Positions 9,741 through 20,200 of a stretch of DNA of 64,000 bases are shown here, in pieces; position 1 is the stretch's first letter; each line of letters opens with the position of its first letter. The notes under the pieces were generated by a model. The model saw only the letters and a program-made list of their open reading frames with translations, searched no databases and was not told the DNA's origin. The DNA lies in assembly GCA_046350775.1 (NCBI GenBank), contig JAXLZS010000001.1, positions 416,342 through 480,341 on the forward strand, read 5' to 3'. Made by a program: the position numbers and the translations under genes. This DNA comes from Minisyncoccota bacterium. Its GTDB lineage: Bacteria > Patescibacteriota > Minisyncoccia > Phycocordibacterales > UBA5272.

Positions 9741-11525
9741 TTACATTCTCTCCACTTCATCTATACCAATCATATTCATTCCTTTTTTGAGAACTTTAGC
9801 AAAAGATTCCACTAGATAAAGATTTAATTTTGTCTGATCATGATTTTCCATATCTATAATTTTTACCTTTCCATAAAAAGTATTAAATGCTTGAGTCAAT
9901 TCAAATAAATATTTGATCACGAGTTGTGGAGCGATTTCTTCAATAGCTTTTTTAGCTAAAGATTCAAACTCTACTACTTTTTTCATTAGAGGAAGATGTG
10001 AGTCAGAAACATTATTATTAAGCTCTGGTTTTATCTCAGATTTTTCTAATAAAGAATTGGCGCGAGCATAAGTATAAAGAAGATATGGACCAGTCGCCCC
10101 CTCAAAGCTAATAGAAGTGTCGAGATCAAAAACAATATTTAATCCTGGCTTTGATTTTAAAATTGCCACACGAAGAGCTGAGAGAGAAATATTTTTTATT
10201 AGATTATTTAAATCTTTATCATTTAGATCTTTGACTTTTTCAGACAATCTCTCAGCTACTCTCGTATTCACTATTTGAAGAGTATCTTCGACAGTCAAAA
10301 CATTACCAAGTCTACTTGATAATCTTTGTCCTTGAAGATTAAGTCTTCCGTGAGATATGTGAGTACTTTTTTCTACTATACTTTTCCATTCTTCATTGAG
10401 CTGTCTTGCTGCTTCGAGTACAATCTCAAAATGAGGTACTTGTTCATTGTCTGTTATAAAAAGATTAAAATCAAAATCAAAATAATTATACTTTAAGGCA
10501 AGCAATCCTAAATCTTTAGCTTCATAAGTCGGATGTCCTTCACTGTTTATAAATACAGACTTGATTGTCTCATCACTCTCATTATTCTTTTTTCTTTTTG
10601 TATCAAAAACTATTGCGCCACCCTCTCCGATCTGAAACACTTCCCCTTCTCCTTCGAGATTCATATTTTCTTTGACTATCTCTTCACCTTTGACTCCTGC
10701 TTCAGACTCGTAAATAAATTTATCAAAATGAGATCCGAGCTCGGCTAAAATTTTCTCAAAATATTCTATATTGATTTTTTTAGAAGTTTCAAAAATTTTC
10801 CAATCCTCAGTCTCTTTATTTTTTTCAAAAAGATTTCTAGCGATTGAGACTATTTCTTCTCTCAAGTTTTCATTTTCATCGTAGATTTTTACACCTTCCA
10901 CATAAGCGTCTCCCAAAATTTTAATAATATTAGGATCAGAAAAATCTAAATCTGGTTTATTTTTTAATACAAATATTGCTTTTGCTATACCGATAGAAAT
11001 ATCAGACGGGAAAGCCATAACTTTTAGATCTGCCTTGGTAGATCTCATCATCTTTACGATAGATTCACCTATCACATTATTCATAAGGTGGCCAATATGA
11101 AATGGCTTGAAAAGATTTATAGCACTGTGCTCGACTAATACTTTTTTATTTGTAAATTTTGTTTCAATGAAATCTAGATTAGAGACTCTGGCTAATTCGT
11201 CACTTAAATATTCTTTTTTCAAAAAAATATTTATAAATCCGTTTGGAGCGACCTCTACACTTTCGATAATATTTAAAAACTCACCTTTTTCTTCTATATT
11301 TATATTTATTTGTCTTACGATCTCTTCCGCTATATCTTTAAAATTTTTACCAGTCTTTTTTGTGAGTATTAGAGATATATTTGTGGCAATATCACCAAAT
11401 CTACTATTGGACTCATCTATAAATGAGACGTCGAACTTAAAATCCAAAATCTCAGCTTCATTTATAAAGCCTATATCGACACAAATCTCAACTATTTCCT
11501 TTTTAATTGTTTCAAGTATTGTCAT
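9741..11525 (-). CDS. argS: Arginyl-tRNA synthetase
   Basis: FGDIATN, PFHIGHL, GATGPYLLYTYAR, C-terminal ERM. Confidence 0.95.
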   Translation of the reverse strand: MTILETIKKEIVEICVDIGFINEAEILDFKFDVSFIDESNSRFGDIATNISLILTKKTGKNFKDIAEEIVRQININIEEKGEFLNIIESVEVAPNGFINIFLKKEYLSDELARVSNLDFIETKFTNKKVLVEHSAINLFKPFHIGHLMNNVIGESIVKMMRSTKADLKVMAFPSDISIGIAKAIFVLKNKPDLDFSDPNIIKILGDAYVEGVKIYDENENLREEIVSIARNLFEKNKETEDWKIFETSKKINIEYFEKILAELGSHFDKFIYESEAGVKGEEIVKENMNLEGEGEVFQIGEGGAIVFDTKRKKNNESDETIKSVFINSEGHPTYEAKDLGLLALKYNYFDFDFNLFITDNEQVPHFEIVLEAARQLNEEWKSIVEKSTHISHGRLNLQGQRLSSRLGNVLTVEDTLQIVNTRVAERLSEKVKDLNDKDLNNLIKNISLSALRVAILKSKPGLNIVFDLDTSISFEGATGPYLLYTYARANSLLEKSEIKPELNNNVSDSHLPLMKKVVEFESLAKKAIEEIAPQLVIKYLFELTQAFNTFYGKVKIIDMENHDQTKLNLYLVESFAKVLKKGMNMIGIDEVERM

Positions 11526-11562
11526 GTATTTATTTTGTTTATTTTAACAGAAAATTGGAAAT

Positions 11563-11590
11563 AAAAAAACAGAGAACTTGTCTCTGTTCT
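11563..11590 (-). terminator. Intrinsic terminator after tmk
   Basis: AACAGAGA-CAAGU-UCUCUGUU followed by U run on minus strand. Confidence 0.7.
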
Positions 11591-11614
11591 TAAATTCCCA
11601 AAATCAAAGAGATC

Positions 11615-12244
11615 TCAGCTGTAGATAATGTTTTGAATGATTGTTTTTATTTTAAAGGCTAATTGGTGGATATTTTCACCGCCGTCTACACGATAAACAT
11701 TTTCACCATTTCTCTTCTCTAAAATATCAAAAAACTCAATATATCTATCTCTTCTCCCTTTGATTTCTTCATATACCGCTGCATCAAAATGATTTAAATC
11801 TCTACCTTTTGCAAGGTTGCGACGATTTAAACTTTCTTCAGGTGTTATATCTAAAAAGATATAGTGCGGCTCTACTCGACCTTCAACAATTTCTGCTCGC
11901 AAATCCCAAAACAATTTTCTCAATTCTGGTGTTTTAATTTGATAAGCAAAAGAGGAAGCATCAAAGCGATCGGAAATCACATCGACACCCTTTTTGAGAG
12001 TTGGAATGACTTTTTCTACCAGGTGGATTTCTCTGGATTTAAAAAACAATCCTAGCCTTTCAAAATCCGAAATTTTTCCACCTTCGTCGCTCAGCAAAAA
12101 ATTTCTGATTTCTTCTGCTCTTGGTGTACCACCAGGCTCTCGAGTCCAGATAGATTTTTGAAAAGTTTCTTTTGTAAAACCAATTTGCGTACCTTTTCCG
12201 GAATAATCTATTCCTTCAAATACGATTAACTTACCTTTTTTCAT
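11615..12244 (-). CDS. tmk: Thymidylate kinase
   Basis: LIVFEGIDYSGKGTQ, TREPGGT, ISDRFDASSFAYQ; start at ATG 12244. Confidence 0.95.
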   Translation of the reverse strand: MKKGKLIVFEGIDYSGKGTQIGFTKETFQKSIWTREPGGTPRAEEIRNFLLSDEGGKISDFERLGLFFKSREIHLVEKVIPTLKKGVDVISDRFDASSFAYQIKTPELRKLFWDLRAEIVEGRVEPHYIFLDITPEESLNRRNLAKGRDLNHFDAAVYEEIKGRRDRYIEFFDILEKRNGENVYRVDGGENIHQLAFKIKTIIQNIIYS

Positions 12245-12407
12245 ATAAAAGAATTTAAAAGATGACGAAATGAAATACAACTATAAAAATCATACAAAAA
12301 TGAAAATACAAAATCAATCTTGCAAAATAAGTGAAAAGTGTTAGTATTTAAAGTGATAGTTATAGTATTTTCTATAACAAAAGATCGTTCATTAAAAAAT
12401 TTAAGGT

Positions 12408-13340
12408 ATGGAAAAACAGTCTTTAATTGAAAAGTATGGGTGGGAATATCCATACCTTTCAGGAATGCAAGCTTGTTTAGAAACGGGAGATCGAAGACAA
12501 ACAAGAAACGCTGTAACTCATGCAAAATTTGTTCACCAAATGCGATTCGATTTAAAAAAAGGTTTTCCTTTGTTAACAACAAAGGAAGTTAATTTCGAAT
12601 TGGTCGTGGCTGAATTGCTCTGGTTCCTTGAAGGAGGAAGAAAACCTAACATTGAGCGGGGAGAATTGTTTGGCCGCATGTCATTAAAACGCCTTGAGGA
12701 AATTTATGGCAAAAAAATAACCCAAATGTGGGTTGGTGATGCTGAAAATTTTTCAAAAAGAGGTAAAGCAAAATTTGAAGGAGACAATGGAAGAATCTAT
12801 GGATCACAATGGACCAACTGGAACACGGCTGATGGTAAAGTTATAAACCAAATAGCCGATCTTATTGAAAAATTAAAAGCCGATCCATATGGTCGCTATG
12901 GTAGAGTTACCGCCTGGAATCCTGGGGAAATTTTTGATATGTCCCTTCCAGCATGCCACACAGACTTTCAATGCTTCGTAAGAACCGGTCATGATAAAAA
13001 CTTTTTATCACTACACATGAACCAAAGAAGTTGTGATATGTTTTTAGGCGTACCATTTAACATTGCAAGTTACGCCTTGTTAACTTATATGCTTGCCCAG
13101 GTTTGTGATCTGTATGTGGACGAACTTATCGTAACTCTAAACGATTATCATGTTTATGAAGACCATATACCAATGGTAAAAGAACAACTTACTCGTACGG
13201 CCGGCGAAATGCCAAAATTATGGATTAATCCCGAAATTCTCGACATAGATTCATTTAATATGGCGAGTTTTAAATTAGCGGATTATAATCCACAATCCAA
13301 AATTAAGGCAAAAGTTTTGACAGCAAATGTAAAACCTTAA
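12408..13340 (+). CDS. thyA: Thymidylate synthase (canonical, Asn177-type)
   Basis: GFPLLTTK, ELLWF, LPACH, QRSCDMFLGVPFNIASY, HVYEDH. Confidence 0.95.
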   Translation: MEKQSLIEKYGWEYPYLSGMQACLETGDRRQTRNAVTHAKFVHQMRFDLKKGFPLLTTKEVNFELVVAELLWFLEGGRKPNIERGELFGRMSLKRLEEIYGKKITQMWVGDAENFSKRGKAKFEGDNGRIYGSQWTNWNTADGKVINQIADLIEKLKADPYGRYGRVTAWNPGEIFDMSLPACHTDFQCFVRTGHDKNFLSLHMNQRSCDMFLGVPFNIASYALLTYMLAQVCDLYVDELIVTLNDYHVYEDHIPMVKEQLTRTAGEMPKLWINPEILDIDSFNMASFKLADYNPQSKIKAKVLTANVKP

Positions 13341-13346
13341 TTTAAG

Positions 13347-13386
13347 AAAAAATCCCTGACTAATTTTGTCAGGGATTTTTTATTTT
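13347..13386. terminator. Bidirectional terminator thyA/rplK
   Basis: AAAAAATCCCTGAC-TAATTTT-GTCAGGGATTTTTT between convergent genes. Confidence 0.85.
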
Positions 13387-13812
13387 TTACTTCACTTCAA
13401 GACCCATACTTCTCGCAGATCCTTCAATAATTTTCATTGCTTGCTCGACAGTATTTGCATTTAAGTCTGCCATTTTCGCTGTTGCAATCTCTTTGATTTT
13501 ATCTTTAGTGATTGTACCAGCTCTTGAAACTTTATTTTTACTTGAACCTGTCTTGATACCAGCTCCTTCTTTTAAAAGATATGAGGCTGTAGGAGTCTTG
13601 ATATAAAAATCGTAAGTTCTATCTTCATAAACATATATTTTCACAGGAAGAATACCTTTCATTTCTTTTGTCGCAGCGTTGAATTTGTTTACAAAGTCAC
13701 CAATCTGAACACCGGCCTGACCAAGAGCAGGACCAAGTGGAGGAGCAGGCACAGCTTTACCAGCTTCAATCTCAACCTTTACGTATTTTAGTATTTTTTT
13801 TGCATTAGCCAT
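13387..13812 (-). CDS. rplK: 50S ribosomal protein L11
   Basis: AGKAVPAPPLGPALGQAG...GSARSMG. Confidence 0.98.
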   Translation of the reverse strand: MANAKKILKYVKVEIEAGKAVPAPPLGPALGQAGVQIGDFVNKFNAATKEMKGILPVKIYVYEDRTYDFYIKTPTASYLLKEGAGIKTGSSKNKVSRAGTITKDKIKEIATAKMADLNANTVEQAMKIIEGSARSMGLEVK

Positions 13813-13889
13813 ATTTTTATATTAGTTTGTGCATTCTAACACACTTTCTTTAAAAAATCAAAGATGTTTTTGGTGTTATTTTATAGATA

Positions 13890-14435
13890 TTATAATTTCT
13901 TTACTTGTAAAAAGTCCAACTCTAAAGGTGTCTCACGACCAAACATAGACACTAGGACTTTAAGCTTACCACGAGATCTGTCTACTTCTGCCACCTTTCC
14001 TTCATAATCTTTGAATGGTCCATCTGTGATGGATACGATCTCACCTTCTTCAATGGCAATATCATGTACAGTCTCAGCATCTTTCATACGTGAGAATATA
14101 TAGTCGAGCTCTTTTTGAGCAAGAGGAACAGGAGTAGTACCAGACCCTACGAATCCTGTGACGCGAGGAGTATTTCTCACCTGATACCAAGAGTCGTCAT
14201 CCACTATCATATCTACCAGCACATATCCTGGATATATCTTTTCCTCCACCTCCACCCTTTTTGTACCTTTAACTTTTATTTTTTTTTCTACAGGTACGAT
14301 AACATTAAAAATTTTATCTTCTAGACCGAGGGAATGAATTCTTTGTTTTAAATTACGAAGCACAGCATTTTCATATCCACTATAAGTGTGGACAGCATAC
14401 CAATGTCTGTCTCCTCCAAGTTCTTGTTTTGCCAT
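13890..14435 (-). CDS. nusG: Transcription factor NusG
   Basis: WYAVHTYSGYE, YPGYVLV, GPFKD, MFGRETPLEL. Confidence 0.98.
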   Translation of the reverse strand: MAKQELGGDRHWYAVHTYSGYENAVLRNLKQRIHSLGLEDKIFNVIVPVEKKIKVKGTKRVEVEEKIYPGYVLVDMIVDDDSWYQVRNTPRVTGFVGSGTTPVPLAQKELDYIFSRMKDAETVHDIAIEEGEIVSITDGPFKDYEGKVAEVDRSRGKLKVLVSMFGRETPLELDFLQVKKL

Positions 14436-14455
14436 AATTTTATTTTTATTTAAAA

Positions 14456-14629
14456 TTATCTAAAAAATAAGAAAGTAAAAATATTATCGAATTCAAAAAG
14501 TAAGACTGCCACAAAAGCTGAGATTAGGATCACGAGTAATGTGTGATTAATTGTTGCTTTTTTAGTAGGCCAAACTACATGAACAAGTTCTGCTTTTACT
14601 GATTTTAGATAATTGATAAGACTATTCAT
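14456..14629 (-). CDS. secE: Preprotein translocase SecE (57 aa; absent from ORF track)
   Basis: MNSLINYLKSVKAELVHVVWPTKKATINHTLLVILISAFVAVLLFEFD...; ELxxVxWP motif plus TM; directly upstream of nusG. Confidence 0.95.
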   Translation of the reverse strand: MNSLINYLKSVKAELVHVVWPTKKATINHTLLVILISAFVAVLLFEFDNIFTFLFFR

Positions 14630-14739
14630 AAGATTTTTATTAATAAATTGATTTTAACACATTTTTTTTCATTTTTAAAACGCCTCTCGGCGTCTTAAAA
14701 TTATTTATATAATATACTCCTTTATTTAAACAAAGTCAA

Positions 14740-15570
14740 TTAATCTTCGATTTGGAAAGTAATAGAAACATTTGAAGTAATCTTTTGCTCGCCTGTTGGT
14801 AAAGTAGCACTTTCAGCAGAACCAGAGACTGAAGAATCCATAGCTTTAGCATACATCATAGGATATACCGCTCCACCATTATCATCAGAATAAGAAATTA
14901 TTCTACTCAATTCTATTCCGAGGGATTTTGCTAAAACTTTTGCTTTTTCTTTAGCGTCTTTGATAGCTTTATCTCTGGCTTCATTTTTTAATTTTTCTGG
15001 ATCATCTATCTGGAAACTTGGACCTGAGACCTCTGTGATTTTAGCATCAGCCAGAGCTGCTAAAACTTTTCCAGAATTGTCAGTATTCCTGACCTTGACG
15101 CTAATACTCTCACTAACCTCATAGCCTACTACCTTACTTGTCTCGCAAGGAGTAGAAGGATAAATCATAGTACGTACAGCAGGACAAGCTTGAGATCCAT
15201 ATTTTGGATTTACTTGATAGTATTCTGTTTTAATATCTTTATCAGCTATACCAAAAGATTTTATTTTAGATAATACATTATCAACTTGACCCTTTACATC
15301 ATTTTGTAATTTTTGAGTATCCTTTGTGTCACTAGAAGATCTCACTGTAAAATTTATTACTGATATATCTGGAACAGCATTTACTTCACCTTTTCCTGAT
15401 ATCACGACTGTTCTTGGATTTGTATAGCTACTGTAAATCTTTACGGCATGAGTTATGCCGATATACAAAACTAAAAATCCTGCCAATAATATTAATAGCC
15501 ATTTCCCCATTTTTTTACAATTGCAATCCTTCATATCTAGACCGCAACGCTTACATAAATTTTGTTCCAT
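14740..15570 (-). CDS. SIMPL/DUF541 domain protein
   Basis: ISGKGEVNAVPD, IKT..Y.VNPKY, A..DAKEKAK.LAK.LG. Confidence 0.9.
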   Translation of the reverse strand: MEQNLCKRCGLDMKDCNCKKMGKWLLILLAGFLVLYIGITHAVKIYSSYTNPRTVVISGKGEVNAVPDISVINFTVRSSSDTKDTQKLQNDVKGQVDNVLSKIKSFGIADKDIKTEYYQVNPKYGSQACPAVRTMIYPSTPCETSKVVGYEVSESISVKVRNTDNSGKVLAALADAKITEVSGPSFQIDDPEKLKNEARDKAIKDAKEKAKVLAKSLGIELSRIISYSDDNGGAVYPMMYAKAMDSSVSGSAESATLPTGEQKITSNVSITFQIED

Positions 15571-15689
15571 AATTTTATTATATTTATTTTTAATAATTTA
15601 ATTATAACAAATTTCTGATTACTAGATTAATATGTTAAGATATTTCCTGATAACAATTCTTTTTAAAAAATTAAATAAAGGAGGTAAAT

Positions 15690-16010
15690 ATGAGTGATGC
15701 AGCCACCCATGCCGCGCAAGAACAAGCAGAAAAAGAACGTATTGAAAAAGTAGTTCTTAACTTTAAAGAAATTACTGACACTGATCATAAAAAAAGATTC
15801 CTGCAAGATTTATACAGGAGACTTGATGATGATCATGAACATCACACGTTCATACACAGAATGTGGAATGAAAAATCAACAGATGCAGATCTTGAAAAGA
15901 TTAAAAACTCGCTGCTCTCTACTACAGAAGATGAGCTTCTCAAAAAAGAAATAGAAAAGCAAGCTATGCAAAATATGAACTTTTTTGAAAAACTTTATGT
16001 AAAATGGTAG
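15690..16010 (+). CDS. Hypothetical protein
   Basis: 106 aa ORF with strong SD AAAGGAGGT and downstream terminator. Confidence 0.8.
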   Translation: MSDAATHAAQEQAEKERIEKVVLNFKEITDTDHKKRFLQDLYRRLDDDHEHHTFIHRMWNEKSTDADLEKIKNSLLSTTEDELLKKEIEKQAMQNMNFFEKLYVKW

Positions 16011-16016
16011 TAAATT

Positions 16017-16045
16017 AAAAAGACCCTTTCGGGTCTTTTGTTTTT
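16017..16045. terminator. Bidirectional terminator
   Basis: AAAAGACCC-TTTC-GGGTCTTTT. Confidence 0.8.
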
Positions 16046-17147
16046 ATTTATTTAATAAATTCAATACTGTCTTTTTATCTAGGCAGACATCAGTACTACT
16101 TGATATAGTAGCATTACTATCCCTAAAGCAGACACCTTGAGAATTTAAAATATTTAATATAGTTGTTGTTGAATAAGGTACTATACTACTTGTCTTATCT
16201 GTATAATTAATTACAAATCCTGTAGAAGTAGCGTCAATAGATACCACCCCTCTTCCAGCTGGTCCGACCGGTCCACGCTGAGAAAGATATTTTATTATTG
16301 TCTGTCCTGACTTGGTAGATTTTTGATAACTAGCGACCTGAGCCTTTAAATTATTTACCTCTTTTATAAGATCCTCTATTTGAGAGGAAGACAGATTGGC
16401 ATATTGACTATCAACTATTGATGAAGATGAAGTATCTTGTGATGCACTTTGGTCTAAATAATTGACTGTATTTTGTATTTCTTGAGGATTTTGGCCAATG
16501 TTTGTATTTTGTGAATTATTTGATGTGTTGTTTATATTATCTTTAGATGAAAAAGAACTGTAAAAATAAAATAAACCAAAAGTTAAAACTAAAACCAAAA
16601 GTATAAAGAAGATAATTTTTCCAAGATTATTTTTTGGTTTCTCTATCATTATATTTGTAGCGGAATTATTTACAGATTGAGGAGGGACAGAAATCTCATT
16701 TTGAATGATACCAGATGTGGGAGCAACAGGAATATCTGATATCGTATTATTTATAATAGTATCAATAGCTCCTTTTGTATTTACATCTTTAGCGCTTTCC
16801 CCTTTTCCGCCAATATTTAAAGAGTAACTATTGTCTTCTGTTGGTTCAGTTTTTGGAGTAGTAATAATCGGTTCTGATACAGGTTTTGGAATATCTGAAG
16901 ACTGTGAAGAGTCTACTACTGGCTGAGCTGATATAGTAGGAGCGACTACTTTACTTAGTACTTCATTTTGAATTGGAGCAAATGGCTGAATATTTCCTCT
17001 GTTAGATTTAAATATATGAAGACCCTCTAAAATATCTTCTTTATCCCAGCCACTGGCTGATAGCAAAGTCCTAAGAGAATCTTCTGTGAGATTCTTATTT
17101 AGACTCATTATGCGATCCATCACATCCTCTATATTTTGTATAGTCAT
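16044..17147 (-). CDS. Hypothetical single-pass membrane protein
   Basis: N-terminal L..SGW..EDI helical domain, P/S/T-rich linker, TM, coiled coil, short GPVGPAG. Confidence 0.7.
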   Translation of the reverse strand: MTIQNIEDVMDRIMSLNKNLTEDSLRTLLSASGWDKEDILEGLHIFKSNRGNIQPFAPIQNEVLSKVVAPTISAQPVVDSSQSSDIPKPVSEPIITTPKTEPTEDNSYSLNIGGKGESAKDVNTKGAIDTIINNTISDIPVAPTSGIIQNEISVPPQSVNNSATNIMIEKPKNNLGKIIFFILLVLVLTFGLFYFYSSFSSKDNINNTSNNSQNTNIGQNPQEIQNTVNYLDQSASQDTSSSSIVDSQYANLSSSQIEDLIKEVNNLKAQVASYQKSTKSGQTIIKYLSQRGPVGPAGRGVVSIDATSTGFVINYTDKTSSIVPYSTTTILNILNSQGVCFRDSNATISSSTDVCLDKKTVLNLLNK

Positions 17148-17292
17148 AGATTATAATTATATTCACATTATAGCTCAAATTTTAGAGAGATTTTTAAAAA
17201 AAATAAAAAATGTGGATAAAAAACAACAAACATTTACATGTACAAAAATCAAATTAATCAAATATATGATAAGATAATATTAACAAATATAT

Positions 17293-18045
17293 ATGTTTAC
17301 AAAATATTTTTACCTAGTAAGACACGGAGAGACTATATTAAATAAAGAAAAAATAAGACAAGGAGAGGAAGGTAAACTTTCTCCTGTAGGAGTAGAAGAG
17401 GTAGAAGAGCTGAGCAAAAGACTCCTAAATATGAATATAGATAAAATTCTTGTCTCGCCTTTTGAGAGAACTCGTGAGACAGCGCAAATAATAAATAGCT
17501 ATCTTAAATTACCAGAAAATAAAATAATCATAACAAAACTAATTGGTGAAAGAAAAAATCCTACAATAATAGTAGGAAAACATTATGATGACCCTGTAGC
17601 AAAATCTTTTATAGATAAGATGGACAAGACTATACACGATCCAGATCTGCGCATCTATGATGAGGAAAATTTCACAGATTTAAGAGATAGAGCCATCAAA
17701 GCACAAAAATTTTTAATTAGAAATGGATCTCATCACACACTCTGTGTAACTCATGGAATATTTTTAAAAATGTTTTTATCTACTCTGTTGTATGGAAAAG
17801 ATTTAACTGTAAAACAATATGCTGAGATGGCACTATACAATCCAGCTGACAATGCTGGAGTGACACTTGTAAAATATGACCCAATAAAAAAGCTTACCAG
17901 ACCGTTTAAAAAATTTATATCAAATATATTTAATGATGATATAAATAATTTAGACACAAACAATAAAATAGACAAATATTCTCCTTGGTCCATACTCGCC
18001 TATAATGACTATACTCGTGATGGATTTAAAAAACTCCACATATAG
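17293..18045 (+). CDS. Histidine phosphatase family protein
   Basis: YLVRHGET, SPFERTRETA, VTHG. Confidence 0.9.
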   Translation: MFTKYFYLVRHGETILNKEKIRQGEEGKLSPVGVEEVEELSKRLLNMNIDKILVSPFERTRETAQIINSYLKLPENKIIITKLIGERKNPTIIVGKHYDDPVAKSFIDKMDKTIHDPDLRIYDEENFTDLRDRAIKAQKFLIRNGSHHTLCVTHGIFLKMFLSTLLYGKDLTVKQYAEMALYNPADNAGVTLVKYDPIKKLTRPFKKFISNIFNDDINNLDTNNKIDKYSPWSILAYNDYTRDGFKKLHI

Positions 18046-18126
18046 ACTATTGCATTTATTTTTATTTATGGTAAGATATTTATCTTATAGTTCTTAACAT
18101 TTTAAAAACATTAAATTAATTTGGCT

Positions 18127-18291
18127 ATGGCTAAAGAAGCAGCTGGTGCAAAGAAAAAGATTGCACCAAAAAAGAAAGACTCGATCAACAGTTGTGAACA
18201 TTTAAATGGGCCATGTCCTTGCACAAATCTAAATGGTGCAGGATGCAAAGACAGACAAAATGATGGTCGCTGCTTAAAAAAAGCAACATAA
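18127..18291 (+). CDS. Small basic Cys-rich protein (54 aa; absent from ORF track)
   Basis: MAKEAAGAKKKIAPKKKDSINSCEHLNGPCPCTNLNGAGCKDRQNDGRCLKKAT; promoter-like TTGCAT-N16-TAAGAT upstream, hairpin terminator ~18311-18341. Confidence 0.7.
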   Translation: MAKEAAGAKKKIAPKKKDSINSCEHLNGPCPCTNLNGAGCKDRQNDGRCLKKAT

Positions 18292-18389
18292 TTTGAAAAA
18301 TTATTTCACAAAAAAACGGACGATATTTATCATCCGTTTTTATTTTTTATAAAATAAAAAAACAATCGTCCTGATAAAACGATTGTCAA

Positions 18390-18932
18390 TTAGTTGCTTT
18401 CTGAATCCGTGTTGGGGACACGTAAATCAAAAGCCTCTGAAAAGAGTCTGTCTTTATGCTGCGGATGTTCTTTAAGATATTCAATCACATGTTCATCTCC
18501 CAGCAAATCTTTTTTACTAGGAAAAACTCCATACACTTCATCCTTGGTCACAAGACAAACTCCTGCCTCAAATGGAGGAAAAACAAATTTCGGCAGACCT
18601 TTTTCCGTTTCAGAAAGAGTCATCCTTCTTATGACGGACTGTTTTCTAAGGATTTCTTCTTCTGCCTCAGTCTTTATCTTTTCTATCTCCTCCTCATCTT
18701 TTCCTATCTTATAAGTGATAGAAATATCCGGATTTGAAATAATCTCACAAATCAAATCATAAGCATTACACTTTGTGATTTGATCATCTTCTATGAGACT
18801 TACTAACAAGTTTCCACCTTCTTCCTTGGTAGAAAATGTCTCCTCTCCACGGTATCGATTATCAGTCGACGTCGTGAAATAATATTCCGAACCAGAAATT
18901 AACCCTTTTAAAAAATATTTTTCTTTTTTCAA
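18390..18932 (-). CDS. Hypothetical protein
   Basis: 180 aa ORF (TTG start), no recognisable motif. Confidence 0.6.
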   Translation of the reverse strand: MKKEKYFLKGLISGSEYYFTTSTDNRYRGEETFSTKEEGGNLLVSLIEDDQITKCNAYDLICEIISNPDISITYKIGKDEEEIEKIKTEAEEEILRKQSVIRRMTLSETEKGLPKFVFPPFEAGVCLVTKDEVYGVFPSKKDLLGDEHVIEYLKEHPQHKDRLFSEAFDLRVPNTDSESN

Positions 18933-19042
18933 ATATAAAAAATTTAATCTGTGAAAAATAAAATATATACAAACTAATTATAGTATATAACATATATAAA
19001 TATAAGTCAATACAAATGAAATTATAAAACCGCCTTACAAAT

Positions 19043-19076
19043 TAAGGATTGAATATTAAAAATTTACGTGTGTGCC
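19043..19076. repeat. Direct repeat of tRNA-His 3' end plus flank (copy of 20172-20206); att-like
   Basis: AAAAATTTACGTGTGTGCC identical at 19058-19076 and 20188-20206, similarity extends to TAAGGAT. Confidence 0.8.
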
Positions 19077-19179
19077 ACAGTAGAGCTGGTCAGAAAGGTT
19101 TTTGTAAGATTGAATGATACGACAATATATACTCCACTATAATTCTTACTATATTTAGTATATGTAGTATAATAACAAT

Positions 19180-20142
19180 ATGGAAGGACTTAGAAAAAAT
19201 ATCAAAGTAAAAATAACAAAAATACCAGAAGATTATAAAAAATCTGATACTGAAAATTGGAAAGAAATAAAAAATGATGAATTAGATATTGAAAATAATA
19301 AAGAAACTAAAAAAACAGAGATGGAAAAAAAGATGATAGCTTTATCTGGAAAGATAATAAAAGATTGGACAGAAAATAATTTAAAATTAAAAGACATAGA
19401 CATACCAAATGAAACTGATTTCCAGAACAGACTACCCCCTCCTTTTCATGTGGCAAGTGGATCATATAATCCAGAAGAAGACGTGATAGAGATTGGATCC
19501 TTAAATAAAATTAAGCCTTTTAGATATTTATCAGAAATATTAAAATCTGACATTGATAATTACAAAAAATTTAAAAAATTTTCGACTATTTTACATGAAG
19601 CGTTACATTATGCTAGTTTTAATATGAGACGATACAAAGAATATAATAATGCGATAATCAGTACAGGAGATATGGTTGGTTATGAAGTTGGACACGAAGA
19701 TGAAGATGGGTATATGTCTTATTTCAAAGCGTTAAACGAAGCTATCACAGAGTTTATAAAAGACGAGATTATAAAAAGGAATTTTGATGAAATTCAAAAA
19801 GAATTAAAAATAAAAAATACATTAGGAATAAGAAAAGATTTATTTATAAAATTAAAACTAATATTAAGTAAAAGTTATAGCAAAGAAATATATTTAATAA
19901 ATAAAATAATTAAAAATTGCAATATAGACAAGCAAAAATTATTCCATGATTATTTTACTGGTGACATTAAATATCTAACTCAAAAACTAGAAAGTGTATA
20001 CGGTCCAGGATCAACAAAAATATTAGCGTCTATAGATAAAATGAATGGTATAAGCGACTTAGATAAACAAATATATTTTGATTTAAATACAGAGGAAAAA
20101 TTAAGACTGAAAATAAAAGAAAGTATAATGAAAAATTTATAA
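19180..20142 (+). CDS. Putative zinc metallopeptidase (HExxH plus downstream NE)
   Basis: ILHEALHY ... ALNEAITE. Confidence 0.65.
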   Translation: MEGLRKNIKVKITKIPEDYKKSDTENWKEIKNDELDIENNKETKKTEMEKKMIALSGKIIKDWTENNLKLKDIDIPNETDFQNRLPPPFHVASGSYNPEEDVIEIGSLNKIKPFRYLSEILKSDIDNYKKFKKFSTILHEALHYASFNMRRYKEYNNAIISTGDMVGYEVGHEDEDGYMSYFKALNEAITEFIKDEIIKRNFDEIQKELKIKNTLGIRKDLFIKLKLILSKSYSKEIYLINKIIKNCNIDKQKLFHDYFTGDIKYLTQKLESVYGPGSTKILASIDKMNGISDLDKQIYFDLNTEEKLRLKIKESIMKNL

Positions 20143-20200
20143 AACGTTAGAACCAAAACTATTTTAAATCATAAGGATAAAATATTAAAAAATTTACGTG

